This document shows positions 25,328 to 34,740 of a stretch of DNA of 49,219 nucleotides, in pieces; positions within the stretch are counted from its first letter, which is position 1; every line of letters begins with the position of its first letter. Source of the stretch: Abditibacteriaceae bacterium (GTDB taxonomy: Bacteria; Armatimonadota; Abditibacteriia; Abditibacteriales; Abditibacteriaceae); NCBI GenBank assembly GCA_031425655.1, contig JANPJS010000259.1:1-49219 (forward strand), read 5' to 3'. Below the pieces are notes generated by a model. That model was not told where the DNA came from. It made no database searches and saw only the letters and a list, made by a program, of their open reading frames with translations. The position numbers and the translations under genes were made by a program.

Positions 25328-25780
25328 TCATTCGCCGGGCGGTAAGACCAAACTTTCGTCGGCTTCGTCCATCAAATCGTCAATGCTGTAAGTCTTTTCC
25401 GCCGCTGCCTCTTGATTGGTCAGCAGGCGCTTGACGAAGCTGAGCAATTCGGCAGGATTGAAGGGCTTGGTTAAATACAAGTCGGCGCCGCTTTGCCACC
25501 CTCGAAAAACATCGGCGTCCTGCGCTTTGGCCGTCAGCATGATGACGGGAATATCGCGCGTTTCGGGGTTTTCCTTGAGCTTTTTAAGAGCCTCGAAACC
25601 GTCCATTTCCGGCATCATCACGTCCATGACGATCAGATCAGGCTCAAACTCGCCGACGCGCTCCAAAGCCTCGCGCCCGGTGCCGGCAGTTGCGACTTCG
25701 TAGCCCGCCTTTTGCAAGTTGATTTGCACCAAGCGCACGATATGTTTTTCGTCGTCCACGGCTAAGATTTTCTTGGCCAT
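25328..25780 (-). CDS. Single-domain response regulator (REC)
   Basis: ILAVDDE, MDVMMP, MLTAK and TKPF motifs. Confidence 0.93.
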   Translation of the reverse strand: MAKKILAVDDEKHIVRLVQINLQKAGYEVATAGTGREALERVGEFEPDLIVMDVMMPEMDGFEALKKLKENPETRDIPVIMLTAKAQDADVFRGWQSGADLYLTKPFNPAELLSFVKRLLTNQEAAAEKTYSIDDLMDEADESLVLPPGE

Positions 25781-25844
25781 TCAAGTTACTTCCTCACCTC
25801 GGCGCACATCTGCACTACACGAGCGGTCTTTAGACAATGCCGTG

Positions 25845-25873
25845 ATTATAACGCGGCTCCGAAGTGCTTGCAA
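25845..25873 (-). promoter_or_regulatory. Sigma-70 promoter for the response regulator
   Basis: TTGCAA-17 nt-TATAAT on the minus strand, about 65 nt upstream of the ATG. Confidence 0.7.
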
Positions 25874-25919
25874 AGCGGAGGAGCGCGCATAAAGCGGACA
25901 TAAGCCCGTCCTGCACGTT

Positions 25920-26681
25920 TTAGCACTCTTTCGCCCGCAAATTCCAGTCCTCCCGGCGATATTTTTCGTGTTCCAGTCGCGCCGCTAAATTCGCTTCTTC
26001 GACTGTCAACGCGCTGCTTTGCAACTGCGCCCGTAAGGTTTCGCGGATACCGCGGCAAAGCGCGGCGATAATTTCATGGCGCGAGGCCACAATGCCCAGT
26101 TGTGATAGCGAAACCATGCTTTGCAGTGAGCCGCCGAGCGCATCGCGCCACGCCGCTTCATCAACCGAAAGCAAGAGCGAGCCATGCTGCAAAATCGCGC
26201 CGTGCTTTCGACATTGCGCGGCGCCGATCAGTTTCCGTCCTTCTACGACGAAATCGCTGCGCGCCGCCGATGCGAAACAGTTTTCAGTGCGCGCCGCTTT
26301 GCTTTCGCCGTTCGCTAAAGCCGCTGTCACGCCTAATGCATTCAATCCGGCCACAAAACCGCGACTCAGCCATTCATAAGCGCCGACAACCGAGCGCGCT
26401 TGCGGCGGCAAAAGTTCCTCGCGCAAAACCACCGCGTAAGTAATTTCATGCTGGTGCCAGATCGCGCGCCCGCCTGTTGGACGGCGGACGAAAGGCAGTT
26501 TTGAGTTTTGAGTTTTGAGTCTTGAGTCTTGAAATCGTCCAATCGAAATTGTGGGAGGATTCCAATCGTAAAAGCGCAAAATCGGCGCGTCTCCGGGCGA
26601 TTGAGACAGCAAAAGCGCCTCGTCAACGGCCATGTTATGCGCGCCCGCTTCGGCGCCGTCGAGAAGCAATCGCCAAAGCAT
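25920..26681 (-). CDS. lipM: Lipoate ligase family octanoyltransferase, LipM-like
   Basis: NMAVDEAL, LRFYDW, VRRPTGGRA, ENCF (Cys nucleophile position), GRKLIGAAQ and LQHGS; TAATG overlap with gcvPB. Confidence 0.8.
   Translation of the reverse strand: MLWRLLLDGAEAGAHNMAVDEALLLSQSPGDAPILRFYDWNPPTISIGRFQDSRLKTQNSKLPFVRRPTGGRAIWHQHEITYAVVLREELLPPQARSVVGAYEWLSRGFVAGLNALGVTAALANGESKAARTENCFASAARSDFVVEGRKLIGAAQCRKHGAILQHGSLLLSVDEAAWRDALGGSLQSMVSLSQLGIVASRHEIIAALCRGIRETLRAQLQSSALTVEEANLAARLEHEKYRREDWNLRAKEC
26497..26531. repeat. Five-unit heptamer tract inside the lipM coding sequence
   Basis: agttttg x3 plus agtcttg x2, encoding QDSRLKTQNSKL. Confidence 0.9.
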
Positions 26682-28135
26682 TATGCCTGCGCCGCTTCCG
26701 CTTTCCAGCACAGATTCAAACAGCGCGCGGCATTGGCTTCGTCCAATCGGCCAACCGGCATGGTGTGCGGCGCGTTATGCAATAAGTCGGGGTCGGTGGC
26801 GGCTTCTTCGGCGATTTGGAGCATGGCATCGCAAAAGGCGTCCAACGTGGCGCGCGTTTCGGTTTCGGTCGGCTCGATCATCATCGCTTCTTTGACGATG
26901 AGCGGAAAATAGACGGTCGGCGCGTGAAATCCGTAATCGGGCAGCCGTTTGGCGATGTCCCACGCCGTGACGCCGTATTTGGCCTTCAAATCCGAGGCGC
27001 TGAGCACGCATTCGTGTTTGCACAAATTGGCGGTATCGGCGCCGTAAACGCCGCGCAAACGCGCCAAAACGTAGTTCGCCGCCAGCGTTGCGTTGTCGGA
27101 GATTTCCTTCAGCCCGGCGTCGCCGTGACGCAAAATATAAGTCAGAGCGCGCAAAATGATGCCCGCGTTGCCATGAAAAGCGTGCAATGCGCCGATGCTG
27201 TGCGGTCGCGCGGAATCGAAGGCGAACGTGCCGTCGGCTTTCTGAATAACGTGCGGCGACGGCAAAAACGGCTCTAAAATATCGCGCACCGCCACCGGCC
27301 CGGCGCCCGGCCCGCCGCCGCCGTGCGGCGTGGAAAACGTCTTATGCACGTTGTAATGCATCACGTCCACGCCGGTATCGCCGGGCTTGACCTGTCCCAA
27401 AATTGCGTTCATGTTGGCGCCGTCCATGTAAACCAGAGCGCCGCAATCGTGAGCCATTTGCGTCAGTTTTTCGATGTCTTTTTCAAAAACGCCGAGCGTG
27501 TTCGGGTTGGTTATCATCACCGCCGCGACATCGTTGCCCATCGCGGCTTTCATGTGCTCCAAATCCACGCAGCCATGCTCATCCGAAGCGACGGACGTGA
27601 CCGCGAAGCCACAGCGCGCCGCCGACGCCGGATTGGTGCCGTGCGCCGAATCGGGCACCACGATGCGCGTGCGCTGCGCCAAATCGCCGCGCGATTCGTG
27701 GTATTTGCGGATCATCAAAAGGCCACAAAACTCGCCCTGCGCGCCGGCTAACGGCTGAACCGTCGCGGCGTCAAGTCCGGCGATTTTCGCCAAGACGTTC
27801 TGCGCCTCGAACAAGACGCCGAGCCAGCCTTGAATCGTGCTTTCATCCTGCAAAGGATGCGCGCCCGCGAAGCCCGGCATCGCCGCCACGACTTCGTTGA
27901 GTTTCGGGTTGTATTTCATGGTGCAACTGCCGAGCGGGTAAAACTCGGTGTCAATGTTGAAATTCAATCGCGACAAGCGCGTGAAATGGCGCACAAGCGA
28001 ATGCTCGTCCACTTCGGGCAGCGGCAAAATTTCGCGCGCGGCAAATGGCAGCGGCGCTTCGGGCACGTCGAGCGGTGCCAAATAATCGTTGTATTGTCCG
28101 GCGTCGGAGAGTTCAAAAAGCAGCGGTTCTTTCAT
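26681..28135 (-). CDS. gcvPB: Glycine dehydrogenase (decarboxylating) subunit 2
   Basis: YPLGSCTMKYNPK, SAHGTNPASA and HYNVHKTFSTPHGGGGPG (PLP lysine). Confidence 0.97.
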   Translation of the reverse strand: MKEPLLFELSDAGQYNDYLAPLDVPEAPLPFAAREILPLPEVDEHSLVRHFTRLSRLNFNIDTEFYPLGSCTMKYNPKLNEVVAAMPGFAGAHPLQDESTIQGWLGVLFEAQNVLAKIAGLDAATVQPLAGAQGEFCGLLMIRKYHESRGDLAQRTRIVVPDSAHGTNPASAARCGFAVTSVASDEHGCVDLEHMKAAMGNDVAAVMITNPNTLGVFEKDIEKLTQMAHDCGALVYMDGANMNAILGQVKPGDTGVDVMHYNVHKTFSTPHGGGGPGAGPVAVRDILEPFLPSPHVIQKADGTFAFDSARPHSIGALHAFHGNAGIILRALTYILRHGDAGLKEISDNATLAANYVLARLRGVYGADTANLCKHECVLSASDLKAKYGVTAWDIAKRLPDYGFHAPTVYFPLIVKEAMMIEPTETETRATLDAFCDAMLQIAEEAATDPDLLHNAPHTMPVGRLDEANAARCLNLCWKAEAAQA

Positions 28136-28629
28136 GGTTGTGGGGTGTTTATTTCTTTCAGGGCCGCGTTGTAAACCTCGATGCCGATGCGAAATCCGTG
28201 TTCTTGAACAAGTTCTTCCAGCAAAGCGACGGTTTGAGACGGCGGCAAATGTTTGCTTTTGCGCGCCGCCAAAAGCACGCCCAAAGTTCCTATCACGCGC
28301 AAGCCTTCGCCGTTGGCGAGCCGCCGCAAAAGTCTATCGTCGGAGAGAAGCAAATCCGCCTGACGACTGAGCGCCAAACTTAAAACGCTATTGTCCGCCA
28401 CGCTAAGGCCTCTGGCGAACACTTCCGGTGCGTCCACTTCAACGATGCGGCAGCTTTGCAGGAAGGGCAGCAGCGTTCGCTCTTCATGCGGCGATAAAGG
28501 CGGTTTCAGCACTTCATCGCGCACGGCGAGAGGGATCAGAATTTCACCGGGCCAAAGCTGCTGAATCAACGATAGCTGCTTCAATTTGCCCAGAAAAATC
28601 AGCGGTGCCGCGTCGGCCACCACGAGCAT
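28132..28629 (-). CDS. DUF3368 PIN-domain protein, putative toxin
   Basis: VVADAAPLIFL, IPLAVRDEV, LLSDD..R and VIGTLGVL motifs. Confidence 0.85.
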   Translation of the reverse strand: MLVVADAAPLIFLGKLKQLSLIQQLWPGEILIPLAVRDEVLKPPLSPHEERTLLPFLQSCRIVEVDAPEVFARGLSVADNSVLSLALSRQADLLLSDDRLLRRLANGEGLRVIGTLGVLLAARKSKHLPPSQTVALLEELVQEHGFRIGIEVYNAALKEINTPQP

Positions 28630-28630
28630 T

Positions 28631-28930
28631 TCAGCTTCCTTCCAGATCGCGTTTTAATTCGCGCAGGTCGTAATTTAATTCGACTGCATTGGCCGGAAAG
28701 CGCAAAAGCAGTTCACGAACGCTGAGGCCTGTCATTTCGGCAGCGCGCGACAGCGTTGCCTGTCCGCTGCGATAAGCGTGCAGCGCTCGTTCGGTTTGCA
28801 CTTCCCGATAGCCGCGCCGGATGAGTTGTTGCAGCAGCGCCGGGCGTTCCACGCCGATTTCCTTCGCCAGTTCGTCAATTTCTCTGGCCTCATTTTCGTT
28901 TAATGTTGCGGAAATTGCTTGCGTGTTCAT
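28631..28930 (-). CDS. UPF0175 family protein, putative antitoxin
   Basis: RHH-like N-terminus; ALHAYRSGQATLSRAAEMTGLS; Y...EL..DL tail. Confidence 0.82.
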   Translation of the reverse strand: MNTQAISATLNENEAREIDELAKEIGVERPALLQQLIRRGYREVQTERALHAYRSGQATLSRAAEMTGLSVRELLLRFPANAVELNYDLRELKRDLEGS

Positions 28931-28931
28931 T

Positions 28932-30254
28932 TCATCCTTTTGAAAGCGCCGCCGCCAACTTCTCGATTTCTTCGCGCGTGCGTTTTTCGGTGCAGCAAAG
29001 CAGCATCGTATTTTCGAGTTCGGGATAATCGCGGCCCAAATCGTAGCCGCCGATGATGCCGGCTTCGCGCAACTGCGCGTTGACTTCCGATGCCGGGCGC
29101 GATAATTTGACGGCCCATTCGTGGAAAAACGGCGCGCCAAAAGCCGCGTTACCGATTTTGTCGGCGGCGAAATGTGCCTTGTGATAGCTCTGCGAGGCGG
29201 CTTCGCGCAAGCCGCGCGGGCCGAGCGCCGACAAATAAAGCGTGGCGAGCAGCGCGCACAACGCTTGATTCGTGCAAATGTTGCTGGTGGCTTTTTCGCG
29301 GCGGATGTGCTGCTCGCGGGTTTGCAAAGTCAGCGTGAAGCCGCTGCGACCTTGCGCGTCGTGCGTCGTGCCGACTAAACGGCCCGGCGCAAGGCGCGCG
29401 AACTTTTGGAGGCACGCGAAAAGGCCGACACCCGGCCCACCGAATTGCGAATTAATGCCCAAAGGCTGGCCTTCGCCGACGGCAATGTCGGCGTCGTAAG
29501 CGCCCGGCGGCGGCAAAAGTCCGAGCGTAATCGGGTTGAAAACCGCGATTAATAAGGCGCCGCGTGCGTGCGCGGCATCGGAAATCGCCTGCGCGTCTTC
29601 GAGGCAGCCAAAAAAGTTTGGCTGCTGCAAAATCACGGCGGCGACATCGTCGCCCAACGCCGCGTTGAGTTTTTCGAGATCGGTTGTGCCGTCCGAAAAC
29701 GGCACTTCTTCGAGAATTGTGTCCAAGCCTTGCGTGTAGCTTTCGACGACGCGGCGATAGAAAGGCGAAAGCGCACGCGGCACTAAAACCCGCTTGCGTT
29801 TGGTAATCGCCTGCGTCATGATGACGGCTTCGGCCAAAGCCGTCGCGCCGTCGTAAAGGCTGGCGTTGGCCATTTCCATCTGCGTGAGTTGGCAGAGCAG
29901 CGTTTGAAACTCGTAGATGACTTGCAGCGTGCCCTGCGAAGTTTCGGCCTGATACGGCGTGTAAGCCGTTGCAAATTCGCCACGCGACGCGATAGCGGGC
30001 ACCATCGCCGGAATGTAGTGATCGTAACTGCCGGCGCCCAAAAAGCACGCGGATTGCTCGTGATTGAGGTTTTTAGCGGCCAGCGAGGCCATTTTGCGGC
30101 GCGTTTCCAGTTCGGAAAGCGCCGCGCCGAGGCCGGGCGTGGCATTTTGGCGCAAACGCGCGGGAATATCGGCGAAAAGCTCGTCAATCGAAGCGATGCC
30201 GACAACTTTGAGCATCGCTTCGATGTCGTGCGGTGTAAAAGCAGCGTAAGACAT
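28932..30254 (-). CDS. gcvPA: Glycine dehydrogenase (decarboxylating) subunit 1
   Basis: FLGAGSYDH, TAYTPYQAETSQGTLQ, ANASLYDGATA and REQHIRREKATSNICTN. Confidence 0.97.
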   Translation of the reverse strand: MSYAAFTPHDIEAMLKVVGIASIDELFADIPARLRQNATPGLGAALSELETRRKMASLAAKNLNHEQSACFLGAGSYDHYIPAMVPAIASRGEFATAYTPYQAETSQGTLQVIYEFQTLLCQLTQMEMANASLYDGATALAEAVIMTQAITKRKRVLVPRALSPFYRRVVESYTQGLDTILEEVPFSDGTTDLEKLNAALGDDVAAVILQQPNFFGCLEDAQAISDAAHARGALLIAVFNPITLGLLPPPGAYDADIAVGEGQPLGINSQFGGPGVGLFACLQKFARLAPGRLVGTTHDAQGRSGFTLTLQTREQHIRREKATSNICTNQALCALLATLYLSALGPRGLREAASQSYHKAHFAADKIGNAAFGAPFFHEWAVKLSRPASEVNAQLREAGIIGGYDLGRDYPELENTMLLCCTEKRTREEIEKLAAALSKG

Positions 30255-30257
30255 AAG

Positions 30258-30328
30258 AGTTTTGAGTTTTGAGTTGTGAGTTGTGAGTTGTTTGATAATT
30301 CAAAACTCAAAACTTAAAACTCAAAATT
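30258..30328. repeat. Inverted heptamer-array cassette
   Basis: (agttttg/agttgtg)n ... (caaaact)n filling the gcvH-gcvPA spacer. Confidence 0.9.
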
Positions 30329-30704
30329 AAGCGCGATAGCGCGTGTAAGCGTCGGCGTCCATCAAGGCGTCGAGTTGGGAAGGGTCGGACAGGCGGACTT
30401 TGATGAGCCAGCCGTTTTCATATGGCGATTCGTTGATAATCGCCGGTTCATCAGTCAATGGAGCGTTGATTTCGACGATTTCGCCGCTGACCGGCGCATT
30501 GATGTCGGAAACCGCTTTGACCGATTCGACCACGCCGAACGCTGCGCCTTGCGTGACGTTCGTGCCGCTTTCGGGCAGTTCGAGATAAACCACTTCGCCT
30601 AATTCGTGCTGCGCGTAATCGGTGACGCCGATGGTGGCAATATCGCCTTCCAAGCGCACCCATTCGTCGCTTTGCGCGTATTTCAATTCGCCGGGAACAT
30701 TCAT
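30327..30704 (-). CDS. gcvH: Glycine cleavage system H protein
   Basis: [20 protein letters not shown] (lipoyl lysine) and [10 protein letters not shown]. Confidence 0.97.
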   Translation of the reverse strand: MNVPGELKYAQSDEWVRLEGDIATIGVTDYAQHELGEVVYLELPESGTNVTQGAAFGVVESVKAVSDINAPVSGEIVEINAPLTDEPAIINESPYENGWLIKVRLSDPSQLDALMDADAYTRYRA

Positions 30705-30760
30705 GGCTTTAGTATTTCCTCTTTCAACAGTTTTGTTGACCACGCGATTTTATCGCTGTA

Positions 30761-31855
30761 TTACGATTTACGCCCGTTTGCTACGAATGGCGGCTTGACG
30801 ATTTTGGCGGTGTGCAAATTATTGCGAATTTCCACCTCGACGCTGTCGCCGACATTCAAGACTGCGGGCAGCATCGCCAGCGCGATGCCGCCGCCCGCCG
30901 TCGGACTCATGGTGCCCGAAGTGATTTCACCGACCGGAACGCCGCCCCAAATAACAGGATAGCCTTCGCGTGGAATGGCCTTTCCTTCCATGCGAAGCGC
31001 GCGAATGCGCGAGTTTGGTGTGTGTTTCTCGGCTAATGCGGCCCGCCCGATAAAATCGGCCTTGCTCATTTTGACGGCCCAGCCGCAGCCGGATTCGTAA
31101 GGCGTCCAGTTTTCGCGCAGTTCGTGCCCGTAAAGCGGCAGCGCGGCCTCCAAACGCAGCACATCGCGTGCGCCTAAGCCGCACGGAACGGCTCCGGCGG
31201 CCAATAAAGCGCGCCAGACGGCGGGCGCGTCTGTGCCTTTGAACATGAATTCAAAGCCGTCGCTGCCCGTATAGCCGCCGCGCGCCAGAAGCCCGGTTAC
31301 GCCGCCAATTTGTATGATGAGGCAATCGCGCCACGCGACTTGCGACAAATCCGTTTGCGTCAGTGTTTGCAGAATTTGCGCGCTGTGAGGGCCTTGAACA
31401 GCGATCATTGCTTGGTCAGCATAGCGATTTTGAAACGTTAGCTCCGGCAAATGCGCTTTGAAATGCGCTTCGTCCACTTCAGCGCGCGAAGCGTTGACGA
31501 CGATAAACCACTCGTCGGCGTTGACGCGATAACCCATGATGTCGTCAATGATGCCGTCGTGTTCGTTCAATAAAAGCGAATACGCCACGCGCCCGACAGC
31601 AACTTCGCTCCAATCGGCGGAAATGACGCGATTCAGCGCGTGCGAGACATCGCTGCCGGACACATCAAGTTGGCCCATGTGCGATACGTCGAAGACGCCG
31701 CACGCTTCGCGCACGGCGCGCACTTCGTCAATGACGCCGGCATATTGAACCGGCATTTCCCATCCGGCAAAAGGCACCATGCGCCCGCCGGCAGCGACGT
31801 GTTCGTCGAAAAGTGCGGTGCGCTGCAAAGATTCAGTTATTAAAGGTTCAGTCAT
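30761..31855 (-). CDS. gcvT: Glycine cleavage system aminomethyltransferase T
   Basis: FAGWEMPVQY, FDVSHMG, GYTGSDGFE and GLGARDVLRLEA. Confidence 0.97.
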   Translation of the reverse strand: MTEPLITESLQRTALFDEHVAAGGRMVPFAGWEMPVQYAGVIDEVRAVREACGVFDVSHMGQLDVSGSDVSHALNRVISADWSEVAVGRVAYSLLLNEHDGIIDDIMGYRVNADEWFIVVNASRAEVDEAHFKAHLPELTFQNRYADQAMIAVQGPHSAQILQTLTQTDLSQVAWRDCLIIQIGGVTGLLARGGYTGSDGFEFMFKGTDAPAVWRALLAAGAVPCGLGARDVLRLEAALPLYGHELRENWTPYESGCGWAVKMSKADFIGRAALAEKHTPNSRIRALRMEGKAIPREGYPVIWGGVPVGEITSGTMSPTAGGGIALAMLPAVLNVGDSVEVEIRNNLHTAKIVKPPFVANGRKS

Positions 31856-32664
31856 GGGTTGGTTTGCGTGCCTGCGAAGGTTAAATCCGCCGTGATTTCC
31901 ATTTTATCGTTTTGCGCGCCGACAGCGGTCACCAGCACGCGAAAAGGCCATTTGCGCTCGCTGTCGAAAGCGAAAACCGGGTTTAAATCGCCCAGCAGGT
32001 TTTTGACGGGAAGCCTGAAATCTGTGGTGTTTTCCATATCCACGCGCCCGTCGGTGAGCCAGATTTCGTTGCCGCGCGCTTCGGGGCGCGAAGTGAAAAC
32101 GAACGGCACGCCCAAATCGAATAAAGGCAGCACTTTTTTGGCGTTCATCACGATGCGCCCGTCGCGGAGCGCGATTTTCACGTCGCGCACGCCTTTGAGA
32201 CTGGCCGCGAACAACGTATCCAGCGACGGTGCGCCGATGACGAAATGCGCTTTGGCCGCGCCAGAGCTGATAATCATAAATTGGTTGGTTTTCTTCAAAG
32301 CGTCCACATCGTAGGCAAGGTCGTCGAAGGTGAATTCGGCGCTTTCGACCGGCACGCCGTTGAAGCCGAATTCGCGCAACGCCAGTTCCAATCGGCCTAA
32401 ACGCCCGGCTTTTGCGCCTTCGCGCGCCGCTAAAAACGGCAAGCCCGACAACTCGCCGATGCCGGTCATTTGCAGACGAATACGACGAAAATTGCCCTTT
32501 AAAACTGAGCGACCGCGCTTGCCTTCGACGTGGGCGTCAATGGCTGTCGCGCGCGGATAGGTTTTGCGCATTGCGGCTTCGAGGACTTTTTCGGCTTTTT
32601 GCGGCGTGGCCGAGGCATTGAAAAACATGAATCCGCCGACAAGAGCGGCCAAAAGAATTTCCAT
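31852..32664 (-). CDS. DUF2993/LmeA-like exported lipid-binding protein
   Basis: Hydrophobic N-terminus; beta-rich TULIP-like body; LNPVF..D motif; ATGA overlap with gcvT. Confidence 0.6.
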   Translation of the reverse strand: MEILLAALVGGFMFFNASATPQKAEKVLEAAMRKTYPRATAIDAHVEGKRGRSVLKGNFRRIRLQMTGIGELSGLPFLAAREGAKAGRLGRLELALREFGFNGVPVESAEFTFDDLAYDVDALKKTNQFMIISSGAAKAHFVIGAPSLDTLFAASLKGVRDVKIALRDGRIVMNAKKVLPLFDLGVPFVFTSRPEARGNEIWLTDGRVDMENTTDFRLPVKNLLGDLNPVFAFDSERKWPFRVLVTAVGAQNDKMEITADLTFAGTQTNP

Positions 32665-32696
32665 CGTTTACTGCACCTTCCAGTTGACTTCGTAAA

Positions 32697-32837
32697 TCAT
32701 GCTGCCCCCGCGCCTGAAGTGACGGCTAAAAAGGGGTCATCGTGATGCTTTTTGCGCGGTTTGGCCCAGAAAAACGCCGCCAGACACGCCATAAAGCCAA
32801 TCCACACCAATATAACGATAACGAGCAGCAGATTCAT
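32697..32837 (-). CDS. Putative 46-aa single-TM protein, absent from the ORF track
   Basis: MNLLLVIVILVWIGFMACLAAFFWAKPRKKHHDDPF...; co-oriented 32 nt upstream of the operon. Confidence 0.45.
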   Translation of the reverse strand: MNLLLVIVILVWIGFMACLAAFFWAKPRKKHHDDPFLAVTSGAGAA

Positions 32838-32990
32838 GGCAAAAAAGCGGCATGGCGAGCCGTATTACGCTTCATTTGGCGCCTGAATTTCGTGCGAGGA
32901 AGCGCCTTTATTTTGACGGCGATTAGTTTAGCAGGGCGCTCGCATCGGCCCGAAATCTATAATAAACGATTATAATCAGAAGCGGAATTT

Positions 32991-34718
32991 ATGGACGACG
33001 AACGCACGATATCAAGGCAAAAAACCGGGGACGCGCCTTTAAGCAAGCTTTGCAACGCCTGCGGCACTCCGCGCGATGCCGCCCAGGTCGCCACGCATCG
33101 CCTGCGCTTGCTCAGCGACATCGGCCTGGCGCTTTCCGCCGAGCGCGACCTGCATCGTTTGCTGAGCCTGATCTTGCGAAAAGCGCGCGAATTGACCGGC
33201 GCCGACGCCGGCAGTATGTATATCGTTTCTGATGACACGGACGACAACACCAATTCCGAGGGCATCACGCTGCACTTTCACGCCGCGCAGAACGACTCGA
33301 AATCGGAGCTGAATACCGATGTGCGCTTTCCGGTTTCGGGGTCGAGTCTGGCCGGCTACGCGGCTCTGCGCGGCGAAATGCTGTGCTTCGACGACGCTTA
33401 TCAATTGCCCGCCGACGCGCCCTATCGCTTCAACCCCGATTTCGACCGCCAGCACACTTACCGCACCAAAAGCGTGCTGGTCGTGCCCTTAAAAAACCAT
33501 TTGGGCGCGGTCATCGGCGTGTTGCAGCTTATCAATCGCAAGCGCAACCCCAGTCTGAGTTTGGCCGACGAAAACGGCGCGGTCACCGAAGAAACCGTGG
33601 CGCGCGAGGTTTTGCCTTTTGATGCCGAACGCGCCGAATTGGCCGCTTCTCTTTCGTCGCAGGCGGCGGTAGCGTTGGAAAACAACCTGCTCATCCAGAA
33701 AATCGAGGCGCTTTTCGATTCGTTCGTGACCGCAGCCGCCAGCGCGATTGAAGACCGCGATCCCAGCACCAGCGGCCATTCGGAACGTGTTATGGCCATG
33801 ACCGTAGCTTTGACCGAAGCCGCTTCCGAAGCCACGTCCGGCCCATTTGCCGATGTGCATTTCACGCTGCTGGAAATCAAAGAAGTGCGCTACGCCGGCT
33901 TGCTGCACGACTTCGGAAAAATCGGCGTGCGCGAAAAAATCCTCATCAAAACGCATAAGCTCGACCCGTATTATTTCGAGGGCGTGCGAGACCGTTTGAT
34001 TCTCTTGAAAAGCGAGCGCGAAAAAGCCTGCGCTGAGCAAAAGTTGGCGTTTTTGATGGACTTGCCGCGCGCAGAAGCCTTAGAACTAATGCGCGAATGC
34101 GACGAAGAAATGCAGCGCCAAATCGCGGAAATTCAGGAAGACTTGCGTTTGCTGACGCAGATCAACGACCCGGCCATGAGCTACGTGCCGGACGCCGAAT
34201 ACACGCAGCAATTGATGGTGCTTAACAAGCTGGCGCAGCAAACTTACACCGACGAAAACGGCGAACTGCGCCCGCTTTTATCGCGCATTGAGCACGAAAC
34301 ACTGTCGGTGCGGCGCGGCTCGCTGACTCCGGCGGAGTTCGAGCAAATCAAGCAGCACGCGCAGCTTTCCTACGATTTTTTGCAGCGCATTTCGTGGACG
34401 CCGGAGTTCGCTTCCGTGCCCGAATTGGCCTACGGACATCACGAAAAGCTGAACGGCAGCGGCTATCCTCGCGGCATTTCGGGCGAAAAAATCTCGCTGC
34501 GCACGCGCATGATGACCGTCGCCGACGTGTTCGATGCGCTCACGGCGTCCGACCGCCCTTACAAAAAAGCCATGCCCGCCGACCGCGCCCTGCAAATCTT
34601 GGAACTCGAAGCGCGCAACGGGCGCCTCGATTCCGACGTCGTGGAGCTTTTCATCGAACGCCAGATTTATAAAATCGCCGAGCAAATGCACCCTCATTTT
34701 TCCCGCGGCGCGGGCTAA
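32991..34718 (+). CDS. GAF plus HD-GYP c-di-GMP phosphodiesterase
   Basis: GAF (YRTKSVLVVPL..GVLQLIN); GHSERV, LHDFGKIG, HHEKLNGSGYP, ADVFDALT and RPYK. Confidence 0.93.
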   Translation: MDDERTISRQKTGDAPLSKLCNACGTPRDAAQVATHRLRLLSDIGLALSAERDLHRLLSLILRKARELTGADAGSMYIVSDDTDDNTNSEGITLHFHAAQNDSKSELNTDVRFPVSGSSLAGYAALRGEMLCFDDAYQLPADAPYRFNPDFDRQHTYRTKSVLVVPLKNHLGAVIGVLQLINRKRNPSLSLADENGAVTEETVAREVLPFDAERAELAASLSSQAAVALENNLLIQKIEALFDSFVTAAASAIEDRDPSTSGHSERVMAMTVALTEAASEATSGPFADVHFTLLEIKEVRYAGLLHDFGKIGVREKILIKTHKLDPYYFEGVRDRLILLKSEREKACAEQKLAFLMDLPRAEALELMRECDEEMQRQIAEIQEDLRLLTQINDPAMSYVPDAEYTQQLMVLNKLAQQTYTDENGELRPLLSRIEHETLSVRRGSLTPAEFEQIKQHAQLSYDFLQRISWTPEFASVPELAYGHHEKLNGSGYPRGISGEKISLRTRMMTVADVFDALTASDRPYKKAMPADRALQILELEARNGRLDSDVVELFIERQIYKIAEQMHPHFSRGAG

Positions 34719-34740
34719 AATTTGCAGCGTTTGCAGAAAG

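Noticed and set aside
11526..30328. Short repeats as a CRISPR array
   Set aside because: The units are 7-9 nt, tandem and inverted, with no unique spacers, and there are no cas genes.
32665..32990. Glycine riboswitch upstream of the gcv operon
   Set aside because: No recognisable aptamer motifs (GGAGA...CCGAAG...CTCTCAGG) were found.
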